From Candidatus Saccharimonadota bacterium (lineage in GTDB: Bacteria > Bacteroidota > Bacteroidia > Flavobacteriales > Blattabacteriaceae), in assembly GCA_029851105.1 (NCBI GenBank), contig CP099822.1, forward strand, positions 30,001-62,000: a stretch of DNA of 32,000 nucleotides, written 5' to 3'. Below the pieces are notes generated by a model. That model had not been told where the DNA came from, made no database searches, and saw only the letters and a list, made by a program, of their open reading frames with translations. Of the stretch, positions 7,884-17,651 are shown in pieces. The translations under genes and the position numbers were made by a program. Numbering within the stretch: the first letter of the stretch is position 1; every line of letters begins with the position of its first letter.

Positions 7884-10469
7884 ATGGATATTAAAAATAA
7901 AAATTATAATTTTAAAAAAGAAAATAATAAAATATATAAAAAATGGATTTTAAATAAATTTTTTAATTCTAAATATAATAAAAAAAAAAAATCTTTTTTT
8001 TTATTATTACCACCTCCTAATATTACAGGTGATTTACATGTAGGTCATATATTAAATTGTACAATATTAGATATTTTAGCTAGAAGATATAGAATGATTG
8101 GTTATAATGTATGTTGGATACCTGGTACTGATCATGCTTCTATAGCTACAGAAATAAAAATAATTAAAAAATTAAAAAATAATGGTATAAATATAAATAA
8201 ATTAAGTAAAAAAAAATTTTATGAATATTTATTAAAATGGTCTAAAAAATATAATAAAATAATAATAGATCAGTTAAAAAATATAGGATGTTCTTGTGAT
8301 TGGAATAGATATTTATTTACTATGGATAAGAAATCATATAAATCAGTTATAAATGTTTTTATTTTTTTATATAAAAAAAAAATGATATATAAAAAAAATA
8401 AAATAGTTAATTGGGATACTTATGCTAAAACTACAATATCAGATGAAGAAATAATATATAAAAAAAAAAAAAATTATTTATATTATATAAAATATTTTAC
8501 TGAAGATAAAAAAAATTATTTAATAGTAGCTACTACTAGACCTGAAACTATATTTGGGGATACTGCTATTTGTGTTAATCCTACTGATAAAAGATATAAA
8601 CATATTTTAAATAAAAAATTAATAGTACCTATAGTAAATAGATTAATACCTATAATTACAGATATATCAGTAGATAAAAAATTTGGTTCAGGATGTATAA
8701 AAATAACTCCTGCTCATAGTAATGAAGATTTTAATATATATAAAAAAAAAAAAATAGATATTATAGATATTTTAAATGATAATGGTACATTAAATAATAA
8801 ATGTATGTTTTTTAATGGTAAAGATAGATTTTATGTAAGAGAAAAAATATTTTTTATTTTAAAAAGATTAGGTTTTTTAATAAAAAAAGAAAAAATTATT
8901 AGTAAAATTTCTTTTTCAGATAGAACTGATACAATAATAGAAAATAAATTATCTTTACAATGGTTTTTAAAAATGAAAAGGTTTGTTAAACCAGTATTAA
9001 AAATATTAAAATTTAAAAAAATTATTTTTTATCCTAAAAAAAAATATGATAATTTATTATATAAATGGATAAAAAATATTAAAGATTGGAATATATCAAG
9101 ACAATTAAATTGGGGACATAGAATACCTGTTTTTTATTATAAAAAAAAATACGTAGTAGCTAAAAATTTAAATAAAGCTATAAAAATTTTTAAAAAAAAA
9201 TATAATAATCTTAATATAGATAATATTTTTCAAGATAAAGATGTTTTAGATACTTGGTTTTCTTCTTGGATATTACCTATATCATCTTTAAATGGTATAA
9301 ATAATCCTAATAATATTGATATAAAATATTATTATCCTATTGATATTTTAGTTACAGGATATGATATATTATTTTTTTGGGTTTTAAGAATGATAATGTT
9401 CAGTACTTTTTTTTTAAAAAAAAAACCTTTTAAAAGAGTATATTTTACTGGATTAGCTAGAGATATTAATAAAAAAAAAATTTCTAAATCATTAGGAAAT
9501 TATAAAAACTTATATTTATTATTAAATAAATATGGAGCAGATGGATTAAGAGTAGGTATTTTAAGTACTAATCATGAATATGATTTTATTTTTAATGAAA
9601 ATTTATGTATAAAAGGTAGAAATTTTATTAATAAAATATGGAATGCATTTAAATTAATAATTAATTTAAAAAAAAAAATTAAAAAACAAAAAAATAAATT
9701 TATTGTAAAATTATTTAATAATATTTTAAATTATAAAATATTTAAATTAAATATTTATTTAGATAATTATAAAATTAATAAATCATTTATATTAGTTTAT
9801 AATTTATTTAAAAAAAAATTTTGTTCTTTTTATTTAGAATTTATTAAAAAAAATAATATTAATTTATTTATTTTTAAAAAAACTTTAAATTTTTTTTTAA
9901 TTTTATTAAAAATTTTACATCCTTATATACCATTTATTACAGATTATATTTATAGTTTTTTTAAAAAAAAAAATATAACTATTACTACTTGGCCTAAAAA
10001 AAAAAAAAATTTTAATAAAAAAAAAATAAAAAAAATTAATTATACATTTAATTTTATAAAAAATTTAAATAATATAAAATTTTTTAAAAAAAAAAATACA
10101 ATTTATATATATAAAAAAAATAAAAAAAAATTTAAAAAAAATATATATATATTTTTTTTATATAAATTTACATTTATTAATAAAATAAAAATTAAAAAAA
10201 AAATAAATTTAAATAAATATTCTTTTTTTTTTTATAAAAAAAATAAATTTTTTTTTTTAAAAAAAAATATTATTTTTAAAAAAAATAATAAATATATTTA
10301 TAAAAAAATAAATTTTTATAAAAATTTTTTATTAAAAATAAAAAAAAAATTAAAAAATAAAAATTTTTTATTATTAGCCCCTAAAAAAATAATAAAAATA
10401 GAGAGAAAAAAAAAAAAAGATATAAAAAATATTATTTTAAATTTAAAAAAAAAAATAAATTTTTTTTAA
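7884..10469 (+). CDS. valS: valine--tRNA ligase
   Basis: Class I motifs PPPNITGDLHVGH (HIGH) and KISKSLGN (KMSKS). Editing-domain block TTRPETIFGDTAICVNP. WNISRQLNWGHRIP. Anticodon-binding block FCSFYLEFIKK...LKILHPYIPFITDYI. C-terminal coiled-coil motif KLKNKNFLLLAPKKIIKIERKK. Confidence 0.95.
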   Translation: MDIKNKNYNFKKENNKIYKKWILNKFFNSKYNKKKKSFFLLLPPPNITGDLHVGHILNCTILDILARRYRMIGYNVCWIPGTDHASIATEIKIIKKLKNNGININKLSKKKFYEYLLKWSKKYNKIIIDQLKNIGCSCDWNRYLFTMDKKSYKSVINVFIFLYKKKMIYKKNKIVNWDTYAKTTISDEEIIYKKKKNYLYYIKYFTEDKKNYLIVATTRPETIFGDTAICVNPTDKRYKHILNKKLIVPIVNRLIPIITDISVDKKFGSGCIKITPAHSNEDFNIYKKKKIDIIDILNDNGTLNNKCMFFNGKDRFYVREKIFFILKRLGFLIKKEKIISKISFSDRTDTIIENKLSLQWFLKMKRFVKPVLKILKFKKIIFYPKKKYDNLLYKWIKNIKDWNISRQLNWGHRIPVFYYKKKYVVAKNLNKAIKIFKKKYNNLNIDNIFQDKDVLDTWFSSWILPISSLNGINNPNNIDIKYYYPIDILVTGYDILFFWVLRMIMFSTFFLKKKPFKRVYFTGLARDINKKKISKSLGNYKNLYLLLNKYGADGLRVGILSTNHEYDFIFNENLCIKGRNFINKIWNAFKLIINLKKKIKKQKNKFIVKLFNNILNYKIFKLNIYLDNYKINKSFILVYNLFKKKFCSFYLEFIKKNNINLFIFKKTLNFFLILLKILHPYIPFITDYIYSFFKKKNITITTWPKKKKNFNKKKIKKINYTFNFIKNLNNIKFFKKKNTIYIYKKNKKKFKKNIYIFFLYKFTFINKIKIKKKINLNKYSFFFYKKNKFFFLKKNIIFKKNNKYIYKKINFYKNFLLKIKKKLKNKNFLLLAPKKIIKIERKKKKDIKNIILNLKKKINFF

Positions 10470-10825
10470 ATATTTTTATTTAAATAAATAAATTCTAATA
10501 ATTTTTTATTTGATAAATAAAAATTTAATTTAGGTATTTTAAATTTTTTTTTTAAAAAAATAGATAATTTTTTTCTATAATATTTTTTTTTTTTGTTAAT
10601 TATATTAATAATATTTTTATTATATATATCAGGATATATTGATATATATATATTAGAATAACTATATATTTTATTTATATAAACATATATTACTGTAATA
10701 AATATATTTTTATATATATTTTTATTTTCAATAATAAATAATTTATTAAAAAAATTATTAATTAATATAGAATATCTTTTTTGTTTTAATGTTTTCATTA
10801 ATTTTATTTTTTCTTTTTCTATCAT
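10466..10825 (-). CDS. rbfA: ribosome-binding factor A (divergent)
   Basis: 119 aa with the RbfA layout: an N-terminal K.KRYS.LI block, a central ITV..V.I..D.S...IYIS-like block (IFITVIYVYINKIYSYSNIYISIY), and C-terminal RKKLS..LKKKFKIPKLNFY (R..L......R..P.L.F..D). Sequence is very eroded, so the call rests on pattern and length. Confidence 0.6.
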   Translation of the reverse strand: MIEKEKIKLMKTLKQKRYSILINNFFNKLFIIENKNIYKNIFITVIYVYINKIYSYSNIYISIYPDIYNKNIINIINKKKKYYRKKLSIFLKKKFKIPKLNFYLSNKKLLEFIYLNKNI

Positions 10826-10878
10826 ATATTTATATTTATTTTATTTATATTAATATAGAATTTTAATTTTTAAAAACA

Positions 10879-11361
10879 ATGAAAAAAAAAAATAAAAAAG
10901 AAAGTAATACTAAATTAGATTTTAAAAAAAAAATTAAAAAATATAAAAATAATTTAAAAAATTTAAAAGATAAATTTATAAGAATATTAGCAGAATTTGA
11001 TAATTATAAAAAAAGAAATGAAAAAGAAAAAAAAAATTTATTTAAATTTTATATAGGTAAAATTTTTAAAAATATTATACCTATATTAGATGATTTTGAT
11101 CGTTTTATAAAAGAAGAAAAAATTAAAAATAATAATGGTATATATTTAATATATAAAAAATTTTTTAAAATTTTAGAAGAAAATGGATTAAAAAAAATTA
11201 ATGTTAAAATAGGTGATAATTTTAATCCTGATTTTCATTATGCTATTTCTCAAATAAAAACTGATAAAAAAATGAAAAAAAAAATTGTTAATATTTTAGA
11301 AAATGGATATTTTGTATATGATAAAATCATTCGTTGTACTAAAGTAATAGTAGGTAATTAA
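10879..11361 (+). CDS. grpE: nucleotide exchange factor GrpE
   Basis: LKDKFIRILAEFDNYKKRNEKEK (GrpE signature L.D...R..AEF.N.RKR) and a C-terminal F.P..H.A......GY...DK.IR...V block. Lies immediately upstream of dnaJ. Confidence 0.9.
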   Translation: MKKKNKKESNTKLDFKKKIKKYKNNLKNLKDKFIRILAEFDNYKKRNEKEKKNLFKFYIGKIFKNIIPILDDFDRFIKEEKIKNNNGIYLIYKKFFKILEENGLKKINVKIGDNFNPDFHYAISQIKTDKKMKKKIVNILENGYFVYDKIIRCTKVIVGN

Positions 11362-11406
11362 TTTAAAATTATTTTAATTTAAATTTAAATATTAAATTTT
11401 AAAAAA

Positions 11407-12519
11407 ATGAAAAATTATTATGAAATTTTAGGTATTACTAAAGATTCATCATTAAATGATATTAAAAAAGCTTATAGAAAATTAGCTATTAAATATCATC
11501 CAGATAAAAATCCTAATAATAAAATAGCAGAAGAAAAATTTAAAGAAGCAGCAGAAGCATATAGTGTTTTAAGTGATCCTAATAAAAGAAAAAAATATGA
11601 TCAATTTGGAAATAATAATGAATTTAATAAAGATTTTTATTCTTCTAATAGTAATATGGATGATATATTTTCTAATTTTGGTGATATTTTTAATGATGAT
11701 TTTGATAATTTTACTGAATTTAATATTAATACTAAAAGTAAAAGAAAAAAAAAAAGAAAAGGTAGTAATTTAAGAATAAAAATAAAATTAACTTTAGAAG
11801 AAATTTATAAAGGAATAGAAAAAAAAATAAAAATAATTAGAATGAAATTAGCTCCTGGTATTAAATTTAAAAATTGTCAAAATTGTAATGGTACAGGAGT
11901 AATTACTAATATTAGTAATACTTTTTTAGGTAGAATGCAAACTACTATACAATGTAATTTTTGTAAGGGAATAGGTAAAATTATATTTAAAATACCTATA
12001 AATGCTAATTATAAAGGATTAATAAAAGTAGAAGAATTAGTTAAAATTAATATACCTTCTGGTATTACTGAAGATATTCAATTAAAAATAACAGGTAAAG
12101 GTAATGAAGCTCCTTTTGGAGGTAAGTCAGGTGATTTAATTATTTTAATAAAAGAAATACCACATAAAATTTTTAAAAGAAAAGGTAATAATATATATTA
12201 TAATTTATATATATCTATACCTGAAGCTATATTAGGAGCTATAAAAAAAATTAAAACTTTAAAAGAAAATGAATATACACAAATTAATATAAATCCTGGT
12301 ACTCAAAATGGAGAAAAAATTATTTTAAAATATAAAGGATTACCATCAATAAATGGTTATGAATATGGTGATTTAATAATTAAAATTAATATTTGGATTC
12401 CTAAAAATATAACTAATGAACAAAAAAAAATATTTATAAAAATAAAAAATGATAAAAATTTTTTATTAAAAAATAAAAATAAAAAATCATTTTTTAAAAA
12501 AATTAAAAATATTTTTTAA
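11407..12519 (+). CDS. dnaJ: molecular chaperone DnaJ (only two of four CxxCxGxG motifs)
   Basis: J domain [33 protein letters not shown] with the HPD motif. Motifs CQNCNGTG and CNFCKGIG. C-terminal substrate-binding domains present ([28 protein letters not shown]). Confidence 0.94.
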   Translation: MKNYYEILGITKDSSLNDIKKAYRKLAIKYHPDKNPNNKIAEEKFKEAAEAYSVLSDPNKRKKYDQFGNNNEFNKDFYSSNSNMDDIFSNFGDIFNDDFDNFTEFNINTKSKRKKKRKGSNLRIKIKLTLEEIYKGIEKKIKIIRMKLAPGIKFKNCQNCNGTGVITNISNTFLGRMQTTIQCNFCKGIGKIIFKIPINANYKGLIKVEELVKINIPSGITEDIQLKITGKGNEAPFGGKSGDLIILIKEIPHKIFKRKGNNIYYNLYISIPEAILGAIKKIKTLKENEYTQININPGTQNGEKIILKYKGLPSINGYEYGDLIIKINIWIPKNITNEQKKIFIKIKNDKNFLLKNKNKKSFFKKIKNIF

Positions 12520-12524
12520 AATAA

Positions 12525-13637
12525 ATGAAAAAAGTAGCTATAGCTTTATCAGGAGGTGTAGATTCTAGTGTTTCTGCTTTTTTATTAAAAAAAATGGGAT
12601 ATAATTTAATAGGTATTTTTATGTATAATTGGTCTAATAATAATTGTATGTGGGAAGATATAAGATATGCTATGTTAATAGCTAATAAATTAAATATTCC
12701 ATTTTATGTCTTAGATTTAAGAAAAGAATATATGAAAGAAGTAATAAATTATATGTTTGAAGGATATAAAAATGGTATTACTCCTAATCCTGATATTATT
12801 TGTAATCAAAAAATTAAATTTGGTATATTTTTAAAAAAAGCTTTAAATTTAAATGTAGATTATATAGCTACTGGACATTATGTAAAAAAAAAAATAATAA
12901 TAAAAAATAATAAAAAAATTTTTAGGTTATTATGTGGTAAAGATTTTAAAAAAGATCAATCTTATTTTTTATGTAGAATTAATCAATATCAATTATCTAA
13001 ATGTTTATTCCCTTTAGGAAATTTTAAAAAAAAAGAAGTAAGAAAAATAGCATTAAAATTAAATTTTTATAATGCATATAAAAAAGATTCTCAAGGATTA
13101 TGTTTTGTAGGTAAAATAAATATAATTAATTTTTTAAAAAAAAAAATAAAACCTAATATAGGTAATATATATTATATATCTTCTAAAAAAAAAAATAATA
13201 AAAAAAAAATTAAAAAAAATGAATATGAAAAAATTTATTATTCTAAAAATATAGGTAAACATTTAGGTTATTATTATTTTACTATAGGTCAAAGAAAACA
13301 TTTAAATATAAAAGGGAATAAATATCCTTTATTTTTATTTTATAAAAATAAAAAAAAAAATATATTATATGTTTGTAAAAAAAAACATATAGAATTATAT
13401 AAAAAAATATTATTTATTAAAAAAAAAAATATTTATTGGCTTAGAAAAGATATAAAAAAAAAAAAAATGAAAGTAATGTGTAAAATTAGATATAATGTAA
13501 AAATGGTTAAAGCTTTTTTATTTTTATTTAAATTAGGAATTTTTATAAAATTTGATAAAGAACAATTTGCAGTTACTCCTGGTCAATTTATAGTATGGTA
13601 TATTAAAAATGAATTAATAGGATCTGGTATTATATAA
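12525..13637 (+). CDS. mnmA: tRNA 2-thiouridine(34) synthase MnmA
   Basis: PP-loop KKVAIALSGGVDSSVSAFLLKK. Catalytic-Cys blocks NPDIICNQKIKF and KKDSQGLCFVG. ATGHY, DQSYFL. Confidence 0.93.
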   Translation: MKKVAIALSGGVDSSVSAFLLKKMGYNLIGIFMYNWSNNNCMWEDIRYAMLIANKLNIPFYVLDLRKEYMKEVINYMFEGYKNGITPNPDIICNQKIKFGIFLKKALNLNVDYIATGHYVKKKIIIKNNKKIFRLLCGKDFKKDQSYFLCRINQYQLSKCLFPLGNFKKKEVRKIALKLNFYNAYKKDSQGLCFVGKINIINFLKKKIKPNIGNIYYISSKKKNNKKKIKKNEYEKIYYSKNIGKHLGYYYFTIGQRKHLNIKGNKYPLFLFYKNKKKNILYVCKKKHIELYKKILFIKKKNIYWLRKDIKKKKMKVMCKIRYNVKMVKAFLFLFKLGIFIKFDKEQFAVTPGQFIVWYIKNELIGSGII

Positions 13638-13640
13638 TAT

Positions 13641-13692
13641 ATAATGAATTTGTTAATAAATTTTATTTATAACAAATTCATTATTTTTTTTT
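13641..13692 (+). terminator. rho-independent terminator-like hairpin downstream of mnmA
   Basis: Perfect 15-bp inverted repeat: ATAATGAATTTGTTA (13641-13655) and TAACAAATTCATTAT (13670-13684). The loop is 14 nt and a T8 run follows at 13685-13692. It starts 4 nt after the mnmA stop. The stem holds four of the very few G/C bases in any spacer of this window. Confidence 0.6.
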
Positions 13693-13709
13693 AAAAAAAA
13701 AATATTAAT

Positions 13710-14999
13710 ATGTCTAAAAAAAAAAAAATAGCTTTTTTTACTATTGGATGTAAATTAAATTTTGCAGAAACTTCTATAATTAGTAAAAAATTTAATAAAA
13801 AAAAATATAAAATAGTTGATTTTAAAAATTATGCTGATTTTTATATTATAAATACATGTTCTGTAACTCATAAAGCTGAAAAAGATTTAAAATCAAAAAT
13901 TAATTTTTTTTTAAAAAAAAATAATAAAGCTATTATAATAGCTATAGGTTGTTATTCTCAAATAGAAAAAAAAAAATTATATAAAATAAAAGGTATTAAA
14001 TTAGTTTTAGGTAATGATAAAAAATTTCATATTACTAATTATATAGAAAATTATAAAAAAAAAAATATATATTCTTGTGAATTATTTACATTATCTAAAA
14101 AATATAAAGATGCATTTTCTATAGAAAAAAATAGAACTAGATCTTATTTAAAAATTCAAGATGGATGTAATTATAAATGTTCATATTGTACTATACCATT
14201 AGCTAGAGGTTCTTCACGTTCTAATAGTATTAGTAATATTATAAATAATATAAATTATATTTTAAAAAAAGGTATTAAAGAAATAGTTTTAACAGGAGTA
14301 AATATAGGTGATTATAAATATAATAATAAAGATTTTTTTTCTTTAATTAAAGAAATAGAAAAAATTAAAAAATTAAAAAGAATTAGAATATCTTCTATAG
14401 AACCAAATTTATTAAAAGATGAAATAATAAAATTTATTTCTAAAAGTAAAAAATTTTTAAATCATTTTCATATACCATTACAATCAGGTAGTGATTATAT
14501 TTTAAAAAAAATGAGAAGAAGATATTTAACTAATTTTTATTATAAAAAAATAAATAAAATATTATCTATAATACCTGATGCATGTATTGGATCTGATGTT
14601 ATAGTAGGGTTCCCAGGTGAAAATAATAAATATTTTGTAGATACTTATAATTTTTTAAAAAAGCTTAATATTTCTTATTTACATGTATTTTCTTTCTCTC
14701 CTAGAAAAAATACTTATGCTTTTAAAATGAAAAATAAAATTAATAATAATATAATAATATATAGAAGTAAAATTTTAAGAAATTTATCTTTTTTAAAAAC
14801 AAAATTATTTTATAAATCTTTTTTAGGTACTAAAAGAAAAGTTTTATTTGAAAATAAAAAATCTAATTGGTTATATGGATATACTGATAATTATATAAAA
14901 ATAAAAAAAAAAGGTACAATAAAAAATATAAATAAAATAAAAAATGTTTTTTTAAAAAAAATTAAAATAGAAAAAAATAAAAATATAATTATATGTTAA
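13710..14999 (+). CDS. mtaB: radical-SAM methylthiotransferase, MtaB-like (tRNA ms2t6A37)
   Basis: The N-terminal MTTase domain has three Cys (TIGCKLNFAETS, NTCSVT, IGCYSQ). The radical-SAM motif is CNYKCSYC, followed by a TRAM-like tail. The GCKLN..E start and ~430-aa length fit MtaB better than MiaB or RimO, but the subfamily call is by pattern only. Confidence 0.7.
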   Translation: MSKKKKIAFFTIGCKLNFAETSIISKKFNKKKYKIVDFKNYADFYIINTCSVTHKAEKDLKSKINFFLKKNNKAIIIAIGCYSQIEKKKLYKIKGIKLVLGNDKKFHITNYIENYKKKNIYSCELFTLSKKYKDAFSIEKNRTRSYLKIQDGCNYKCSYCTIPLARGSSRSNSISNIINNINYILKKGIKEIVLTGVNIGDYKYNNKDFFSLIKEIEKIKKLKRIRISSIEPNLLKDEIIKFISKSKKFLNHFHIPLQSGSDYILKKMRRRYLTNFYYKKINKILSIIPDACIGSDVIVGFPGENNKYFVDTYNFLKKLNISYLHVFSFSPRKNTYAFKMKNKINNNIIIYRSKILRNLSFLKTKLFYKSFLGTKRKVLFENKKSNWLYGYTDNYIKIKKKGTIKNINKIKNVFLKKIKIEKNKNIIIC

Positions 15000-15012
15000 T
15001 AAATAAAAAATA

Positions 15013-15909
15013 ATGAATATAAATTATTGTTATAAAATTTTTATTAAAAAATTAAATAAAATATATAATTTAAATGAAATTAATAAAATGTTTTTTATTT
15101 TATTTTCTTATATATTAAATTGTAATTTTAATGATATATATTTTTTTTTTTTTAAAAAAAAAAAAATTAATAAAAAAAAATATAATTTTTTTATTAAATC
15201 TATATATAAATTAATATATAAATATCCTATACAATATATTATAAAATATACATATTTTTTAAATACAAAAATTTTTTTAAATAAAAATATTTTTATTCCT
15301 AGACAAGAAACAGAAGAATTAGTTAATTTAATTATTAAAGAGAATATTAATAATAATAAAATTAAAAAATTAAATATTTTAGATATATGTACTGGTAGTG
15401 GGTGTATATCTATTAATATTAAAAAAAAATTATATAATTGTAATATTTATTCTTTAGATTATTCTAATAAAATTTTATTAAAAACTAAAAAAAATTTTAT
15501 TTATAATAAAATAAAAAAAAATATTTTTTTTTATAAATTTAATATATTAAATAATAAAAAAAAATATAAAAAATTTTTAAAAAAATTACCATATTTTGAT
15601 ATTATTATTAGTAATCCACCTTATATATCTTATAAAATGTATTATAAATATATAAATAAAAATATAATATATGAACCTTTAAAATCAATTTTTGTATTAT
15701 ATAATGATGAAATAATTTTTTATAAAAAAATTATGTTATTTTTTTTTAAAAAAAAATTAATTAAAAATGGTATTATATATTTTGAAATATCAAAAAATAT
15801 AAAAAATAAAATATATTTTTTTTTAAAAAAAAAATTTAAAAATATTAATTTTTATTTTAAAAAAGATATTAATAATAATTATAGAATATTAAAAATAATA
15901 AAATATTAA
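15013..15909 (+). CDS. prmC: peptide chain release factor N5-glutamine methyltransferase
   Basis: IPRQETEELV, SAM-binding ILDICTGSGCISI and the catalytic ISNPPYI (NPPY) motif. Fits PrmC/HemK. Its substrate RF1 is encoded in the same window. Confidence 0.85.
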   Translation: MNINYCYKIFIKKLNKIYNLNEINKMFFILFSYILNCNFNDIYFFFFKKKKINKKKYNFFIKSIYKLIYKYPIQYIIKYTYFLNTKIFLNKNIFIPRQETEELVNLIIKENINNNKIKKLNILDICTGSGCISINIKKKLYNCNIYSLDYSNKILLKTKKNFIYNKIKKNIFFYKFNILNNKKKYKKFLKKLPYFDIIISNPPYISYKMYYKYINKNIIYEPLKSIFVLYNDEIIFYKKIMLFFFKKKLIKNGIIYFEISKNIKNKIYFFLKKKFKNINFYFKKDINNNYRILKIIKY

Positions 15910-17648
15910 TGAATATTAAAATAATAAAAAAAATAAAAAAATTATCAAAATATATTAATTATCATAATTATAAATATTATATACTTAATAAACCTATAAT
16001 TACTAATTATGAATTTGATAAAAAATTAAATAAATTAATTAAATTAGAAAAAAAATATAAATTTATTTATAAAAATTCACCTATAAAAAAATTTAATAAA
16101 AATTTATTAATTGAAAATGAAAATTTTAAAGTAACTAAACATTATTTTAAAATGTATTCTATTAAAAATGTATATAATAAAAAAGAACTTATAAAGTGGA
16201 AAAATAATATAGAAAAAAAAATTAATAAAAATAATTATATATGTGAATTAAAATATGATGGTATAGCAATAAGTATTATTTATAAATATGGTAAATTAAA
16301 TAAAGCTATTACTAGAGGAGATGGTAAATATGGTAATGAAGTAATTAATAATATTTTATATATAAAAAATATACCTAAATATATAAAAAAAATAAAAAAA
16401 ATAAAGATTTTTGATATAAAAGGAGAAATAGTTTTTCCTAAAAAAAATTTTTCTAAAATTAATAAATATAAAAAAAAAAAAGGTAAAAAAGAATTTTCTA
16501 ATCATAGAAATGCTGCTAATGGTATTTTACATAGTAAATATAAAATATTATATAATAAATATTTAGAATTTATTCCATATTATATATATACTAATGATAA
16601 AAATTATAATAAAATAGTTAATAATCAATTTAAAACAATAAAATTTTTAGAATATTTATATTTTAAATATCAAAAAAAATCATATAAATTATGTGAAAAT
16701 ACTAAAGATATTATAAATTATATTTCTTTTTGGGAAAAAAAAAAACATAAAAGTATATATCCTATTGATGGTATAGTTGTTAAAATTAATAATTTTAATA
16801 TTAAAAAAAAATTAAAATATAATAATATTTTTCATAAATGGTGTATATCATATAAATTTAAAGATAAAAAATTTATTACTAAGGTAAAAAAAATTTATTT
16901 TTATATAGGTAAAAGTGGTATTATTGTACCAGTAGTTTATTTTATTCCTATTATAATTAATGGTACTATTATTAAAAAAGCTTCTTTATATAATAGTAAT
17001 ATTTTTAATAAATATAATTTATTTTTAAATGATAAAATCATAATAATAAAATCAGGTAATATAATACCTAAAATTATTAAAAATATTAATTATAATAATA
17101 ATTATAATTATAATTATATTAATTTTCCTTTATATTGTCCTAGTTGTAATAGTTTTTTAAAAAAAAAAAAAAATATTTTATATTGTAAAAATAAAGAAAA
17201 ATGTAAAAAACAAAAAATTGAAAAAATTAAACATTTTATAAAAGCTATGAATATTAAAATTAATAAAAATATAATTTATAAATTATTTTTTTTAAAAAAA
17301 TTAAATAATATAACAGATTTATATTTTTTAAAAAAAAAAGATTTTTCTTTAATAAAAGTATCTTATAAAGAATATATTAGAATATTAAAAGAAATAAAAA
17401 TTTCTATTAATAGTAAATTTTCAATTTTTTTATTTTCTTTATGTATACCTAATATAGGTAAATATATTTCTTCTAAAATAGAAAAAAAATATAATAATAT
17501 ATATAAATTATTAAAAGAAATAAATAATAAAAAAATTAAAATAAAATTATTTAGTAAAAAAATAGTTAAAAATATAAAAAATTTTTTTAAAAAAAAAAAA
17601 AATATTTTAATAATAAAAACTTTTAAAAAAATTGGATTTAAAATTTAA
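15909..17648 (+). CDS. ligA: NAD-dependent DNA ligase LigA (579 aa, no BRCT domain)
   Basis: Domain Ia Y..YY......I.N.EFD.....L..LE. Adenylation motif CELKYDGIAIS (KxDG). Zn finger CPSC-x13-C-x5-C. HhH region ending ...IIKTFKKIGFKI. Its ATG overlaps the prmC stop (TAATG). Confidence 0.92.
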   Translation: MNIKIIKKIKKLSKYINYHNYKYYILNKPIITNYEFDKKLNKLIKLEKKYKFIYKNSPIKKFNKNLLIENENFKVTKHYFKMYSIKNVYNKKELIKWKNNIEKKINKNNYICELKYDGIAISIIYKYGKLNKAITRGDGKYGNEVINNILYIKNIPKYIKKIKKIKIFDIKGEIVFPKKNFSKINKYKKKKGKKEFSNHRNAANGILHSKYKILYNKYLEFIPYYIYTNDKNYNKIVNNQFKTIKFLEYLYFKYQKKSYKLCENTKDIINYISFWEKKKHKSIYPIDGIVVKINNFNIKKKLKYNNIFHKWCISYKFKDKKFITKVKKIYFYIGKSGIIVPVVYFIPIIINGTIIKKASLYNSNIFNKYNLFLNDKIIIIKSGNIIPKIIKNINYNNNYNYNYINFPLYCPSCNSFLKKKKNILYCKNKEKCKKQKIEKIKHFIKAMNIKINKNIIYKLFFLKKLNNITDLYFLKKKDFSLIKVSYKEYIRILKEIKISINSKFSIFLFSLCIPNIGKYISSKIEKKYNNIYKLLKEINNKKIKIKLFSKKIVKNIKNFFKKKKNILIIKTFKKIGFKI

Positions 17649-17651
17649 AAT

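Noticed and set aside
9660-10469. The last about 270 aa of ValRS look like low-complexity junk, suggesting a decayed tail or a fused ORF.
   Set aside because: The expected landmarks are all present in order: the anticodon-binding helices (FCSFYLEFIKK, LKILHPYIPFITDYI) and the C-terminal coiled-coil signature (KLKNKNFLLLAPKKIIKIERKK). It is therefore a full-length, compositionally eroded ValRS.
11573-11773. 66-aa ORF ([15 protein letters not shown]...) on the plus strand inside dnaJ, in another frame.
   Set aside because: It lies wholly within the well-supported dnaJ frame (the G/F-like linker region). Its composition is just the I/L/N/K output of AT-rich DNA. It matches no family and has no independent start context.
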